From assembly GCA_001873215.1 (NCBI GenBank), contig MNYS01000008.1, positions 2,657 through 66,656 of the forward strand: a DNA stretch of 64,000 bases. Direction: 5' to 3'. Position numbers and translations under genes: made by a program. Every line of letters starts with the position of its first letter. Position 1 is the first letter of the stretch. This DNA is from Candidatus Levybacteria bacterium CG2_30_37_29 (lineage in GTDB: Bacteria > Patescibacteriota > Microgenomatia > Levybacterales > GWA1-39-11). Of the stretch, positions 37,262 to 47,135 are shown in pieces. The notes below the pieces were generated by a model. That model was not told the DNA's origin. It ran no database searches and saw only the letters and a program-made list of their open reading frames with translations.

Positions 37262-38503
37262 ATGGACGATAAACAACCAAAAGACCACAAACAAATAGGG
37301 CAGGAACAAGAGCTATTTTTTACCAACGAAGTAGCACCGGGAGCACCATTTTGGCTACCTCGCGGCATGATAATTTTTAAGGAACTTGAAAAATATATTA
37401 GAGAACTTACCGAAAAAGCAGGATATCTTGAAACATCAACCCCAATAATGGTGAAAAGCGAATTGTTTAAGCAATCGGGACACTGGACTAAGTTTGGGTC
37501 TCACAATATGTACAATCTTTTATTGTCTGATGAAGATGAGGATGCAGACGGAATAAGCTACACCCTAAAACCCATGAATTGCCCGGAATCAACTGTAATT
37601 TACAGATTTAGACCACGTTCTTACCGAGAACTTCCACTTAGACTGTCTGAGCTTGGACGGCTTCACAGACGTGAAAAGAGTGGCGAAGTTAACGGACTTT
37701 TTCGAGTGCGTCAAATTACGATGGACGATGCGCATATTTTCGTAACGGAAGACCAAATTTTTGAGGAAATTGGAAATATTTTGGACATTATGAATAATTT
37801 TTATACGATGTTTGGTTTTTCTGTCGAATTCAAGCTTGCAACAAGACCGGAGGGTAGGGCAGGAACGGATATAATGTGGGATAAAGCTGAAAAAGATTTG
37901 GAAGAAGTTTTAAAAGCTAAAAAAATAAAATCATCAGATAAAAAAGGTGACGGAGCATTTTACGGTCCTAAAATTGATGCTCACATAGAAGACTCGCTTG
38001 GAAGAAGCTGGCAGCTTGCTACGGTTCAACTTGACTTTCACATGCCTGAAGCATTCGGACTTACCTATATTAACGACCAAGGTCAAGAAAAAAGACCCGT
38101 TATGATTCACCGCGCAATTCTCGGATCCTTCGAAAGATTTATAGGCATTCTAACAGAACACTACCAAGGAGCATTTCCAATCTGGCTTTCGCCTGTACAA
38201 GTTGCTATATTGCCTGTTTCTGAAAAAGTCCATCCATTTGCTCAAAAAATATTAGACTTGATAAAAGACGAAAATATCAGAGCAGAACTTGATACTTCAA
38301 ATAAAACGGTTGGTGCAAAAATACGAGAAGCTTCTTTACAAAGAGTGCCGTACCTTGTTATAATAGGAGAGAAAGAACATGGCGCATCAAGCGAGGATAA
38401 ATATTTTGTATCGGTTAGAACGCGCACAGGAGAAGACCTAGGAACAATTTTACTTGATAAATTTTTGCAAACTGTAAAAAACGAAATTGAAAAAAAATCT
38501 TAA
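37262..38503 (+). CDS. thrS: threonine--tRNA ligase, catalytic core plus anticodon-binding domain only
   Basis: KPMNCPES (class II motif region), RVRQITMDDAHIF and a C-terminal anticodon-binding domain. 413 aa, lacking the TGS and editing domains. Confidence 0.8.
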   Translation: MDDKQPKDHKQIGQEQELFFTNEVAPGAPFWLPRGMIIFKELEKYIRELTEKAGYLETSTPIMVKSELFKQSGHWTKFGSHNMYNLLLSDEDEDADGISYTLKPMNCPESTVIYRFRPRSYRELPLRLSELGRLHRREKSGEVNGLFRVRQITMDDAHIFVTEDQIFEEIGNILDIMNNFYTMFGFSVEFKLATRPEGRAGTDIMWDKAEKDLEEVLKAKKIKSSDKKGDGAFYGPKIDAHIEDSLGRSWQLATVQLDFHMPEAFGLTYINDQGQEKRPVMIHRAILGSFERFIGILTEHYQGAFPIWLSPVQVAILPVSEKVHPFAQKILDLIKDENIRAELDTSNKTVGAKIREASLQRVPYLVIIGEKEHGASSEDKYFVSVRTRTGEDLGTILLDKFLQTVKNEIEKKS

Positions 38504-38513
38504 AATTCATTAG

Positions 38514-39050
38514 ATGCAGAGGCGCCGTAAACAATATAAGCCAAGCGTATTCTATAGAAGGAATTACCAGATTACTGCTCAAACAATAAGGCTTATTGCA
38601 GATGATGGAAGACAAATTGGAGTAGTTAGTCGGGAAGATGCGCTGAAGATGTCCCAAGATCAAAATGTTGATCTTGTAGAAATAGGGCCAACCGCTATTC
38701 CGCCTGTTGTAAAGCTTATTGACTACAGTAAATTTCTGTACCAATTAAAAAAGAAAAAACAGGAGGAAAAGAAAAAAACCCAAACTTCTGAGACAAAACA
38801 GATACAACTTGGACCTTTTATTGATGACCATGATTTGGACATAAAATTGAAGAGAGCGGATGAATTTATAAAAGACGGAGATAAAGTAAAATTTGTTTTA
38901 AAATTTAGAGGACGAGAGATAACAAAAAAAGAATTGGGCGAAGAAGTACTAAAAAAAGTTATGGAAAAAATGCAAAGTGTTGCAAAAGTTGAAAAAGATA
39001 TGCATATGGAAGGACGACAAATGATACTAGTAATGTCAAAACTAAAATAG
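38514..39050 (+). CDS. infC: translation initiation factor IF-3
   Basis: IF3 N and C domains (…VDLVEIGPTAIPPVVKLIDYSKFLY…) with a Lys/Glu linker. Confidence 0.8.
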   Translation: MQRRRKQYKPSVFYRRNYQITAQTIRLIADDGRQIGVVSREDALKMSQDQNVDLVEIGPTAIPPVVKLIDYSKFLYQLKKKKQEEKKKTQTSETKQIQLGPFIDDHDLDIKLKRADEFIKDGDKVKFVLKFRGREITKKELGEEVLKKVMEKMQSVAKVEKDMHMEGRQMILVMSKLK

Positions 39051-39060
39051 TAATAAAAAT

Positions 39061-39261
39061 ATGGGAAAACAAAAACTTAAAACAAAAAATGCCGTAAGTA
39101 AAAGATTTCGGGTTACAAAAACAGGAAAGGTTATGCATGGACATCAGATGAGAAGCCATCTTAGAAGCAAAAAATCAAAAAGCAACCTGAGACGTAAAAA
39201 GATTCTTGGACAAGCACACGGCACGTTTGCAAAAAAAATAAAACAATTACTTAGTGTCTAA
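39061..39261 (+). CDS. rpmI: 50S ribosomal protein L35
   Basis: Typical basic 66-aa sequence MGKQKLKTKNAVSKRFRVTKTGKV. Confidence 0.85.
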   Translation: MGKQKLKTKNAVSKRFRVTKTGKVMHGHQMRSHLRSKKSKSNLRRKKILGQAHGTFAKKIKQLLSV

Positions 39262-39509
39262 ATGCTAAAAAGATTTACAAAGAGGATAAATATTAATTTT
39301 AAAGAAACGCGGAATGAAAGATCTGCAACGCAATCGTACAGCAATTACAATCAGAAATTGCGGAGGGTGTTTCAAAAAGCGAATTTTTTTAGTAAAATAG
39401 GCGGAAATAAAACAATTTTTAATTTTAGGAAGAAAATAGACTAATTTTAAAAATTAAAACATTTAATATTCACTAAAAATTGTAAATTTAAAATTTAAAA
39501 TTAAATAAT

Positions 39510-39878
39510 ATGACAAGAGTAAAAAGGGGATTAACAAGCAATAGACGACACAATAAACTACGAAACCTTAATAAGGGTTACCGTGGAACACAGTCAAAGC
39601 TTACAAAAGTCGCCCAAGAGGCGGCTCTTCACGCGGGTGCATATGCGTATCATGGACGAAAAAGAAAGAAAAGAGACTTCCGAAGACTATGGATAACCAG
39701 AATTTCAGAAGCCGTCAAAATTGAAGGAATATCGTACAGTAAATTCATAGCGGCGCTTGCCAAGAAAAAAATAGGGCTTGATAGAAAAATTCTTGCGGAC
39801 CTTGTTTTAAACGACCCTGAAACCTTCAAATACATTGTTGATCAAGCCAGGCTGATCAATCCGCCTCTGGAGGATTGA
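39510..39878 (+). CDS. rplT: 50S ribosomal protein L20
   Basis: MTRVKRGLTSNRRHNKL… Conserved along the full length. Confidence 0.9.
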   Translation: MTRVKRGLTSNRRHNKLRNLNKGYRGTQSKLTKVAQEAALHAGAYAYHGRKRKKRDFRRLWITRISEAVKIEGISYSKFIAALAKKKIGLDRKILADLVLNDPETFKYIVDQARLINPPLED

Positions 39879-39993
39879 CACAGCAAAAAAAACAGCTTAA
39901 CCTTAATTTCTATGAATAGAATCTTTTACTTTACTTACTTTACTTCCCAAGCCGGGAGGTAATGTAGTGATCTAAGGTTTTAGAAACACACAT

Positions 39994-40019
39994 AGCCTCC
40001 CACACGGGAGGTTTTTTTT
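39994..40019 (+). terminator. Rho-independent terminator (repeat family copy B)
   Basis: AGCCUCCC-ACAC-GGGAGG followed by 8 U, after rplT. An upstream GGGAGG at 39954 could pair alternatively. Confidence 0.55.
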
Positions 40020-40101
40020 GTGGTTTAAAGCCGATGTAGTTTTAGCTATATCGGACGAAAGGATGTGATTTAATACGACAAAAGAAGGACAACCAATACA
40101 A

Positions 40102-40284
40102 ATGGAACAACAAATTGCTGCGCTATCAACTCGTTTGATAAGTATAAGAGATGTTGCGCCGGGATCAGAACATCATCAACATGCACTAAAAGAACTTATG
40201 ACAATTTTGGCATCCGACAAGAAAGCGGTTGATGTCTTAGCAAAACAACAGGGAAGAGAGGTTCAAAAGGACGATCGAATATGA
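40102..40284 (+). CDS. hypothetical small protein
   Basis: 60-aa ORF between the terminator and pheS. Confidence 0.25.
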   Translation: MEQQIAALSTRLISIRDVAPGSEHHQHALKELMTILASDKKAVDVLAKQQGREVQKDDRI

Positions 40285-40299
40285 TATCCTTAAGAAAAC

Positions 40300-41337
40300 A
40301 TGGAAGAAGAATTAATCAACCTACAAACAAACGCAAGTTCTTTGATTATCTCAACAGATGACGCGGAGGAACTTGAAAAAATAAGAGAGGATTTTTTGGG
40401 AAAAGACGGGAGTCTGACAGACGCCATTAAACGTATAGGAAAGCTTCCGCAAGAATCACGCCCTGAAATAGGAAAACTTGCAAACGAAATAAAAAATACA
40501 ATTGAAGATTTAATTTCCCACAAACTTAAGTCAAAAAAAATAAATACCGGGCCCGCAAAACGGTCAAAAAAAATTGACGTGACAATGCCGGGTCAGGCTT
40601 TACCACTTGGGCACCTTCACCTTATTACTCAAGGAATCGAGGAAATAACAAATATTTTCGAACATATAGGATTTACCCGCGTACGATATCCGGAAGTCGA
40701 ATGGGATTGGTATGCTTTTACTGCTTTGAATTTTCCAGAAAATCATCCTGCACGCGACGATTGGGAAACTTTTTTTGTAAAAGAAGAACCGCATCCAAAA
40801 AATGGGCAAATGGTTTTAACTCCGCATACATCATCCGGACAAATCCGTGAAATGGAAAAGGGGGAACTTCCAATTAAAATGTTGAATGTTGCAAAGTGTT
40901 ATCGCCGACAATCTGATGTTTCACATGTTCCAATGTTTCATCAATTTGAAGGACTTGTTGTTGGAGAAAATATCTCAATAACACATTTAAAAGGTGTGCT
41001 TGATTACTTTTTTAAGTCTTATCTTGGAGAAAAAAGAAAATTCAGAATCCGCCCATACCATTTTCAATTTACAGAACCTTCTTTTGAAATCGATGTTTCT
41101 TGCGGCGTATGTAATGGCCGGGGATGCAAGCTTTGCAAAGCAGGCTGGCTTGAGCTAGGAGGGGCGGGAATGGTACACCCGAATGTTTTAAAAAATGGAG
41201 GCATTGATACAAAAAAATACACAGGGTTTGCTTTTGGGTGGGGAGTTGAACGGGTCCTTATGATGAAAGAGGATCTAGCGCTTGAGGATTTGAGGATTTT
41301 GTACTCAAACGATCTTAGATTTTTAGAACAATTTTAA
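40300..41337 (+). CDS. pheS: phenylalanine--tRNA ligase alpha subunit
   Basis: Class II motifs (HPARDDWETFF, FQFEGLVVG, GWLELGGAGMVHPNVL). Confidence 0.9.
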   Translation: MEEELINLQTNASSLIISTDDAEELEKIREDFLGKDGSLTDAIKRIGKLPQESRPEIGKLANEIKNTIEDLISHKLKSKKINTGPAKRSKKIDVTMPGQALPLGHLHLITQGIEEITNIFEHIGFTRVRYPEVEWDWYAFTALNFPENHPARDDWETFFVKEEPHPKNGQMVLTPHTSSGQIREMEKGELPIKMLNVAKCYRRQSDVSHVPMFHQFEGLVVGENISITHLKGVLDYFFKSYLGEKRKFRIRPYHFQFTEPSFEIDVSCGVCNGRGCKLCKAGWLELGGAGMVHPNVLKNGGIDTKKYTGFAFGWGVERVLMMKEDLALEDLRILYSNDLRFLEQF

Positions 41338-41338
41338 A

Positions 41339-43294
41339 ATGAACATAAAAATACTTGATAGCTGGTTAAGGGATTATTTAGAAACAAAAGCAAGTCCTAG
41401 TAAAATTGCCGAAATTCTTTCTTTGACAAGCGTTTCAATAGAACGCATAGAAAAACTAGGAGACGATTTTCTGTACGATATAGAAATTACAACCAATAGA
41501 CCGGATCTTATGGGAGTTATCGGTCTTGCGCGCGAAGCAGCAACAGTACTTCCGGCAACAGGAATTGATGCAACATTTATTCCTCCCCGATTTTCCAAAC
41601 CAAAAGACGTAAGTGATGAAGTTACTCTTCCGGTTATTAAAAATGACGATACTCTTGTAAATAGAATTTGCGCGGTTATTATGGAAGTAGAATTCGGAAA
41701 TTCTCCGGAATATATTAAAAAGCGGCTTGAATCTTCAGGAATTCGAAGCATCAATAATGTAGTAGACGTCACAAATTATGTCATGCGGGAAACTGGACAC
41801 CCCGCTCATGTTTTTGACTACGACAGACTGAATTCCAAAACTTTGATTATCAAAGCTGCAAAAAAGGGCGAGAAAGTTATAACTCTTGACGGGAAAGAAT
41901 ATACGCTTTCTGGAGGAGATATTGTTGCATACAACGGTGAAGGAAAAATTGTTGACTTATTAGGCATTATGGGCATACAAAACAGCGTTGTTACAGACTC
42001 GACAAAAAGAATTTTATATTTTATTGATAATAATAATCCGGTTCAAATAAGAAAAACTTCTATGGAGCATGGAATAAGAACGGAAGCCGCTGTAATAAAT
42101 GAAAAAGGACCGGACCCGGAAATTGCTTTTGGGGCACTTCTTTGCGGAATAAAATTATTTGAAAAAATTGCGAAAGGAAAAGTTGTATCAAAAATTCTTG
42201 ACATTTATTTTAATAAGCCGGCGTCTAAAACAGTTACTGTTGACGAAAGTAAAATTAATTCTGTAATTGGCATTGATATTCCCTTAAAAGATGCCAAATC
42301 AACACTTGATAACCTAGGTTTTGAGACAAAAATTACTGGAAAATCTATTGCTGCTAGTGTTCCTTCATTCCGACTTGGAGATATAACAATTGCCGAGGAT
42401 ATTATTGAAGAAATAGCGCGCGTTTATGGATATTCCCGCCTACCAAGCATTCTCCCAACTTTCCAAAACAATACTCCTTTTCATCAGGAAAAAAATCTTT
42501 TTTATTGGGAAGCGCGCTGCCGAAATTTTTTCAAATATTCAGGTTTTACGGAAATCTATACTTACGCGCTTGTTTCCCCCGAATTATATGAAGGTAATCT
42601 TGACGATGCGGTAACGCTTCAAAATCCACTGAATGAAGAAATGGCATACATGAGGCGTACTCTTGTCCCAAGCCTTCTACAAGTAGCCAGCGATAATCCA
42701 TCACGAGAAGAGTTTTCAATTTTTGAAATAGCAAATGTTTATTTAAAAAAAGGAAGAGATCTCCCTGATGAACGCCTAACTCTTGCCGGGATAATTAAAA
42801 TGCAGAAGATAGACTTTTTTACCGTAAAAGGAGTTATTGAAAACCTTTTTTTTGATTTTGGAATAAAGAACATAGAGTGGAAAGAAGACTCGGGGGGCGG
42901 AAACGGAGCAGATATTTATATTGATAACATAAAAATCGGAACAATAGAATTGCTTTCTGATTCACTTGCTGATTTTGAGATTGATTTTGCATCTATTTTT
43001 GAACATGCAACACTTAAAAAGATATACAACCCAATTCCAAAATTTCCTCCTGTAATTGAGGATATCAGAATAAAACTTTCTGAAAATACTACTTTTGAAA
43101 AAGCAATAAAATTAATTAAAAAACAAAGTTCTCTTATTTCGTCTGTTAAGCTTTTGGATATTTATGGTGACAAAATTACACTTCGAATTACTTATCAAAA
43201 TTCTAATAAAAACTTAACAAACGAAGAAATAACACCAATTCGAAAAAAAATAATTTCCAATCTAAAACACAGCCTCAAAGCAGAAATTGCTTAA
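41339..43294 (+). CDS. pheT: phenylalanine--tRNA ligase beta subunit (N-terminally reduced)
   Basis: B3/B4, B5 and catalytic-like domains plus a C-terminal FDX-ACB-like domain. 651 aa, against about 800 canonically. Start is 2 nt after the pheS stop. Confidence 0.85.
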   Translation: MNIKILDSWLRDYLETKASPSKIAEILSLTSVSIERIEKLGDDFLYDIEITTNRPDLMGVIGLAREAATVLPATGIDATFIPPRFSKPKDVSDEVTLPVIKNDDTLVNRICAVIMEVEFGNSPEYIKKRLESSGIRSINNVVDVTNYVMRETGHPAHVFDYDRLNSKTLIIKAAKKGEKVITLDGKEYTLSGGDIVAYNGEGKIVDLLGIMGIQNSVVTDSTKRILYFIDNNNPVQIRKTSMEHGIRTEAAVINEKGPDPEIAFGALLCGIKLFEKIAKGKVVSKILDIYFNKPASKTVTVDESKINSVIGIDIPLKDAKSTLDNLGFETKITGKSIAASVPSFRLGDITIAEDIIEEIARVYGYSRLPSILPTFQNNTPFHQEKNLFYWEARCRNFFKYSGFTEIYTYALVSPELYEGNLDDAVTLQNPLNEEMAYMRRTLVPSLLQVASDNPSREEFSIFEIANVYLKKGRDLPDERLTLAGIIKMQKIDFFTVKGVIENLFFDFGIKNIEWKEDSGGGNGADIYIDNIKIGTIELLSDSLADFEIDFASIFEHATLKKIYNPIPKFPPVIEDIRIKLSENTTFEKAIKLIKKQSSLISSVKLLDIYGDKITLRITYQNSNKNLTNEEITPIRKKIISNLKHSLKAEIA

Positions 43295-43304
43295 AAATTA
43301 ATGT

Positions 43305-43535
43305 ATGAAAGCGGCTTCAACAATTTCAAAAAGAGACAGGGAAAAATATGTTTTGAAAGAGGCGATTGATGAAGAAATACTAATCAAGTGTAAGAGACTT
43401 GAAACAACGGAGTTGAACGATCAAGATAAATTATTAGTAAAATTGATTAAAACACAACTTGAAGATGACTGGCGCACACCCCTTGTTAAAGAAATAGCTA
43501 GAGTGTTTAAAAAATACTTCAAGTCCGAGATATAA
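43305..43535 (+). CDS. hypothetical small protein
   Basis: 76-aa charged ORF. Confidence 0.25.
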   Translation: MKAASTISKRDREKYVLKEAIDEEILIKCKRLETTELNDQDKLLVKLIKTQLEDDWRTPLVKEIARVFKKYFKSEI

Positions 43536-43678
43536 TGAAAAAAAAGAACACGCTAACTCCGCAGACAAAGCAACCATTAACCTTTTTCTCAAAAATCTAA
43601 AACCATAATTTTTTTATATCTTTATCTTACATTCGTACGAACATACGAACGATATGATATTATAAAAATAATGAAATT

Positions 43679-43948
43679 ATGCTAAGGAAAAGAACAATTG
43701 AACAAATTGTCAGAAGTTTTTCAAACCACAGAAGGATAGCTATGCTATGCTTGCTCGATGAAAATCCTGAACTTTCGGTTTCTCAAATAGCGGGTGACTT
43801 AAAAATTGATATAAAGCTTGCAAGCTTTTATTTGAGAAAGCTCACTATTGCAGGTTTAATTATGAAAAAAAGTAATGGAAAATTTATTAGACACAAACTT
43901 ACAAAACGTGGTGTTTTTGTTCTTACATTCATACGAACATTAGAATGA
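43679..43948 (+). CDS. ArsR-family winged-helix transcriptional regulator
   Basis: HxxR…VSQIAGDL…LRKLTIAGLI HTH pattern. Palindromic TTCGTACGAA operator-like repeats lie upstream. Confidence 0.5.
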   Translation: MLRKRTIEQIVRSFSNHRRIAMLCLLDENPELSVSQIAGDLKIDIKLASFYLRKLTIAGLIMKKSNGKFIRHKLTKRGVFVLTFIRTLE

Positions 43949-43971
43949 AGATTCAAGTTTATTAATTGTTT

Positions 43972-44694
43972 CTACACAAATTTATTAAACCAAGCGAGAG
44001 TTTCTTGGAAAAGGTTTTCTTCGGCTCCGTCTTCGTCAAAACAATGAGTGGCATTTGGTATAACCACAAATTTCTTTGGTTCGTTTGCATTTTTAAAAAA
44101 CTTTTTCCCACCATCAACTAATTCCCCATTTCCTGCTACCACAACAAGACTAGGTTTATTAATTTTTTTTATCAGATCGCGTGGATTAAGCGTTTGAGTC
44201 TCCTCAAACATTTCTTTCCCGATTGTAAAACCGTATGAAGCTTCAGCCGTTACGTAATATTTATCAAGTTCTGTTACGTATTTTGATTTCGTAACCTTAG
44301 ATGGATTATCTGAAGCTTCCCAAAGCACCATGGCGTCGAAGTCTTTTTTCTTTGATAATAAAACCGTAACCCCACCAAAGCTATGTCCAACAACAAATAA
44401 CTTCTCGACTCCTTCTTTACGAAAAAAATCTACAACCCTATCAAGATCTTGCCCATGCAACGATAAAGTACAATCTTCAAGTTTTCTCGCATCTTCTTCC
44501 CAACCATACAAATCGAATCTGAAAGTTGAAAATCCCTTATCTTCAAAAAATCTCGCAGCATTAAAAAATTGATGTTCATTTTTGTGTCCGGTAAATCCGT
44601 GAACGAAAATAATTAAAGGGGATGAGAGATCTCCTCTTAATATTCCGTATATATTTTTACTGTTTTTAAGCGGAATTTTAATCGTCTTTTCCAT
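43972..44694 (-). CDS. alpha/beta hydrolase
   Basis: GHSFGG nucleophile elbow. Confidence 0.55.
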   Translation of the reverse strand: MEKTIKIPLKNSKNIYGILRGDLSSPLIIFVHGFTGHKNEHQFFNAARFFEDKGFSTFRFDLYGWEEDARKLEDCTLSLHGQDLDRVVDFFRKEGVEKLFVVGHSFGGVTVLLSKKKDFDAMVLWEASDNPSKVTKSKYVTELDKYYVTAEASYGFTIGKEMFEETQTLNPRDLIKKINKPSLVVVAGNGELVDGGKKFFKNANEPKKFVVIPNATHCFDEDGAEENLFQETLAWFNKFV

Positions 44695-44714
44695 TCAATT
44701 ATTATACCATTGCC

Positions 44715-47021
44715 TTATGGCGTAAGGGTGGGAGTAAGAGTTGGAGTGGGGGAGATTGAAACTGTCGGCGTGGGAGTCGGCGTAGTATCATTATTTGAAT
44801 TTTGATCGTATTTATAATCAGACGTGTCTTTCGACGGGTGATATTTTGAATCATCTTTGTGGTTTTGCTCAACCCATGCATTAATCGCATCCTGCCATCG
44901 ATTTTTCCCGTCCGTACTCACCGGATCTGACTCATCAAAAACTATAAAATCTTTTACATCAAAATCCGAGTGTAAAATTTCGTCACTATTTGCTAGTTTG
45001 TCTGTCTGCTTTTTTGAAATTTTAAGTTTTTTATAAATAGAAGCAAGCGTAGTTGGCTCGGTTCCTTTTACAAAATATTCTGTCCTTTTCGGCTGACCGT
45101 CAATTGGAAGTCCTCCTGAAAAAGAATCTATTTCCAACGGAATAACACTGTCCGGTTTTTTCGGCTGTTCATCAGGCTTTCCTTTCAGAACAAATTTCAT
45201 TATTTTACTCCAAATTGGAGTAGCCCCCGTGACTCCGGAAGCAATACGCGGATTCATTGGTGAATTATCATTATTTCCAACCCAAACACCAACTACATAA
45301 CTTGGGGTGTATCCAACAGTCCAGTTATCACGTTTGCTGTCGGTTGTTCCTGTTTTGACAGAAACTGTTCTACCGGAAACAACTAAATAGGAGTTCGGAC
45401 CAAAAACAAGCTGCCGCGCATTATTATCAAGAAGAATGTGTGAAATTATAAATGCGACTTCAGAAGAGAGTACGCGTGTCCCATCTTCGTTTTTATGCTT
45501 ATACAAACTTTTACCTCTTGAATCTTTTACCTCAACTATTGAAAATGGCTCTTTTTTTATACCGCTTGCTGCAAAAACAGAATAAGCCGAGGATATTTGA
45601 AGAAGTGTTGCCTCTCTTCCTCCAAGAACAAGCGATAATCCAACGCTTCTTAAATTTTCGCTCGTCGGCTTCCAATTTTCAATTCCCATGCTGTATGCTT
45701 TTTGCATAACAGGCTTTATTCCAACACGTGCAAGCATTTTAACCGCGGGAATATTTATAGAATTTCCAAGAGCAAATCTAAGCTGCATTGGTCCGTTATA
45801 CTTTCCGTCATAATTTACGGGTGTATAAATCGGAAGTGTCGGATCATTTGTCGGAAAGTCTGTTTTTAAATCCATTATCAAACTTGAAGCCGTATATCCT
45901 TTCTCAAAAGCAGTTGCATACATAATAGGCTTAAGACTTGATCCTGGCTGGCGAAGAGCAGTCGCAGCATTGAAATTTCCCTCGTTTTTTGTATCAAAAT
46001 AATCATGACTTCCTACCATTGCCAGAATTCCTCCGGTTTTTGCATCCAAAACAACAGCTGCTCCATTTCCCACGTTGAATCCTTTAAGATTTTTTTCAAA
46101 CTCGTTTGTAACTATATCTTCGGCGTTTTTTTGTACTTCATAGTCAAGCGAGGTCGTAACAGTCAAATTACCGTTTTCTACAGCCGCTTCTCCGTACATT
46201 TTTACCAATTGCTCCTTGACATACTGCACGAAATGCGGAGCCTTCAAATTACCCTGTTTTTGTGTAAACGTGAAGCCTTCTACCTGACGTATTGCATCGT
46301 CTGACTGTTTTTTTGAAATTCTTCCATCTTCGCGCATTCTTCTCAAAACATATTTTGTTCTATCAATATAAGATTTGTTTTTTCCAGCAAAAGGAGAGTA
46401 ATAAGTGGGCGCTTGGGGGAGGCCCGCTAAGAATGCACTTTGAGCAAGATCCAATTCTTTTACATGCTTTCCGAAATATAAATTGCTTGCTGCTTCAACG
46501 CCAATTGCCGTTCCTCCATATCCGACATTGTTTAAATACATTTCTAAAATTTGGTCTTTTGAAAATCTTTGATCGACTTGAACTGCCAAAATAAGCTCCT
46601 TTGCCTTTCTCGTTAAATTCCTCTCAGGAGACAAAAGCACGTTTTTTACAAGCTGTTGAGTTATTGTAGAACCTCCTGTAACCCTGTGAAAAAAAATCGG
46701 GTCTATAAACGCTCTAAATAACCCTTTGACAGAAAACCCAGGGTTGGTATAAAAATCCTTGTCTTCTGTTGAAACTGTTGCCTCAAGCAGGATCTTCGAC
46801 ATATCAGTCAGCGGAACATAAAGCCTATTGTAATCTTTGAAAATTGAGTAAAGAACAACTCCTTTTTTATCAAGTATTTTGGTTGAGTCGCGTATTTCGG
46901 AATTGGAAAGTTTGCCCGGAGTCGGCAAGTCTCGGGAAATCCACAAAAAATACAAGAAAAACAAAACTACAAACCCTATTATTCCGAAAAGTGTAAAACG
47001 GGTTATCTTACTTAACAACAT
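44715..47021 (-). CDS. bifunctional penicillin-binding protein 1A (transglycosylase plus transpeptidase)
   Basis: GT51 motifs (GGSTITQQL) and transpeptidase SxxK/SxN/KTG (SSLKP, KTGTT). Thr/Pro-rich C-terminal tail. Start trimmed to the ATG preceding the TM anchor. Confidence 0.8.
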   Translation of the reverse strand: MLLSKITRFTLFGIIGFVVLFFLYFLWISRDLPTPGKLSNSEIRDSTKILDKKGVVLYSIFKDYNRLYVPLTDMSKILLEATVSTEDKDFYTNPGFSVKGLFRAFIDPIFFHRVTGGSTITQQLVKNVLLSPERNLTRKAKELILAVQVDQRFSKDQILEMYLNNVGYGGTAIGVEAASNLYFGKHVKELDLAQSAFLAGLPQAPTYYSPFAGKNKSYIDRTKYVLRRMREDGRISKKQSDDAIRQVEGFTFTQKQGNLKAPHFVQYVKEQLVKMYGEAAVENGNLTVTTSLDYEVQKNAEDIVTNEFEKNLKGFNVGNGAAVVLDAKTGGILAMVGSHDYFDTKNEGNFNAATALRQPGSSLKPIMYATAFEKGYTASSLIMDLKTDFPTNDPTLPIYTPVNYDGKYNGPMQLRFALGNSINIPAVKMLARVGIKPVMQKAYSMGIENWKPTSENLRSVGLSLVLGGREATLLQISSAYSVFAASGIKKEPFSIVEVKDSRGKSLYKHKNEDGTRVLSSEVAFIISHILLDNNARQLVFGPNSYLVVSGRTVSVKTGTTDSKRDNWTVGYTPSYVVGVWVGNNDNSPMNPRIASGVTGATPIWSKIMKFVLKGKPDEQPKKPDSVIPLEIDSFSGGLPIDGQPKRTEYFVKGTEPTTLASIYKKLKISKKQTDKLANSDEILHSDFDVKDFIVFDESDPVSTDGKNRWQDAINAWVEQNHKDDSKYHPSKDTSDYKYDQNSNNDTTPTPTPTVSISPTPTLTPTLTP

Positions 47022-47135
47022 AATGCGGTTGAGGGATGAAGTGCGGTATCTTAGTCTTCTTGCATGAAACCTACCAGGGCGCCTGTAATTTTGCATATTT
47101 CTATTATATTCGCTTGCGAATTCAATGCAAGCTCA

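Noticed and set aside
39262-39444. 60-aa ORF between rpmI and rplT
   Set aside because: Lys/Arg/Asn-rich translation of an AT-rich spacer without an RBS. More likely non-coding leader sequence.
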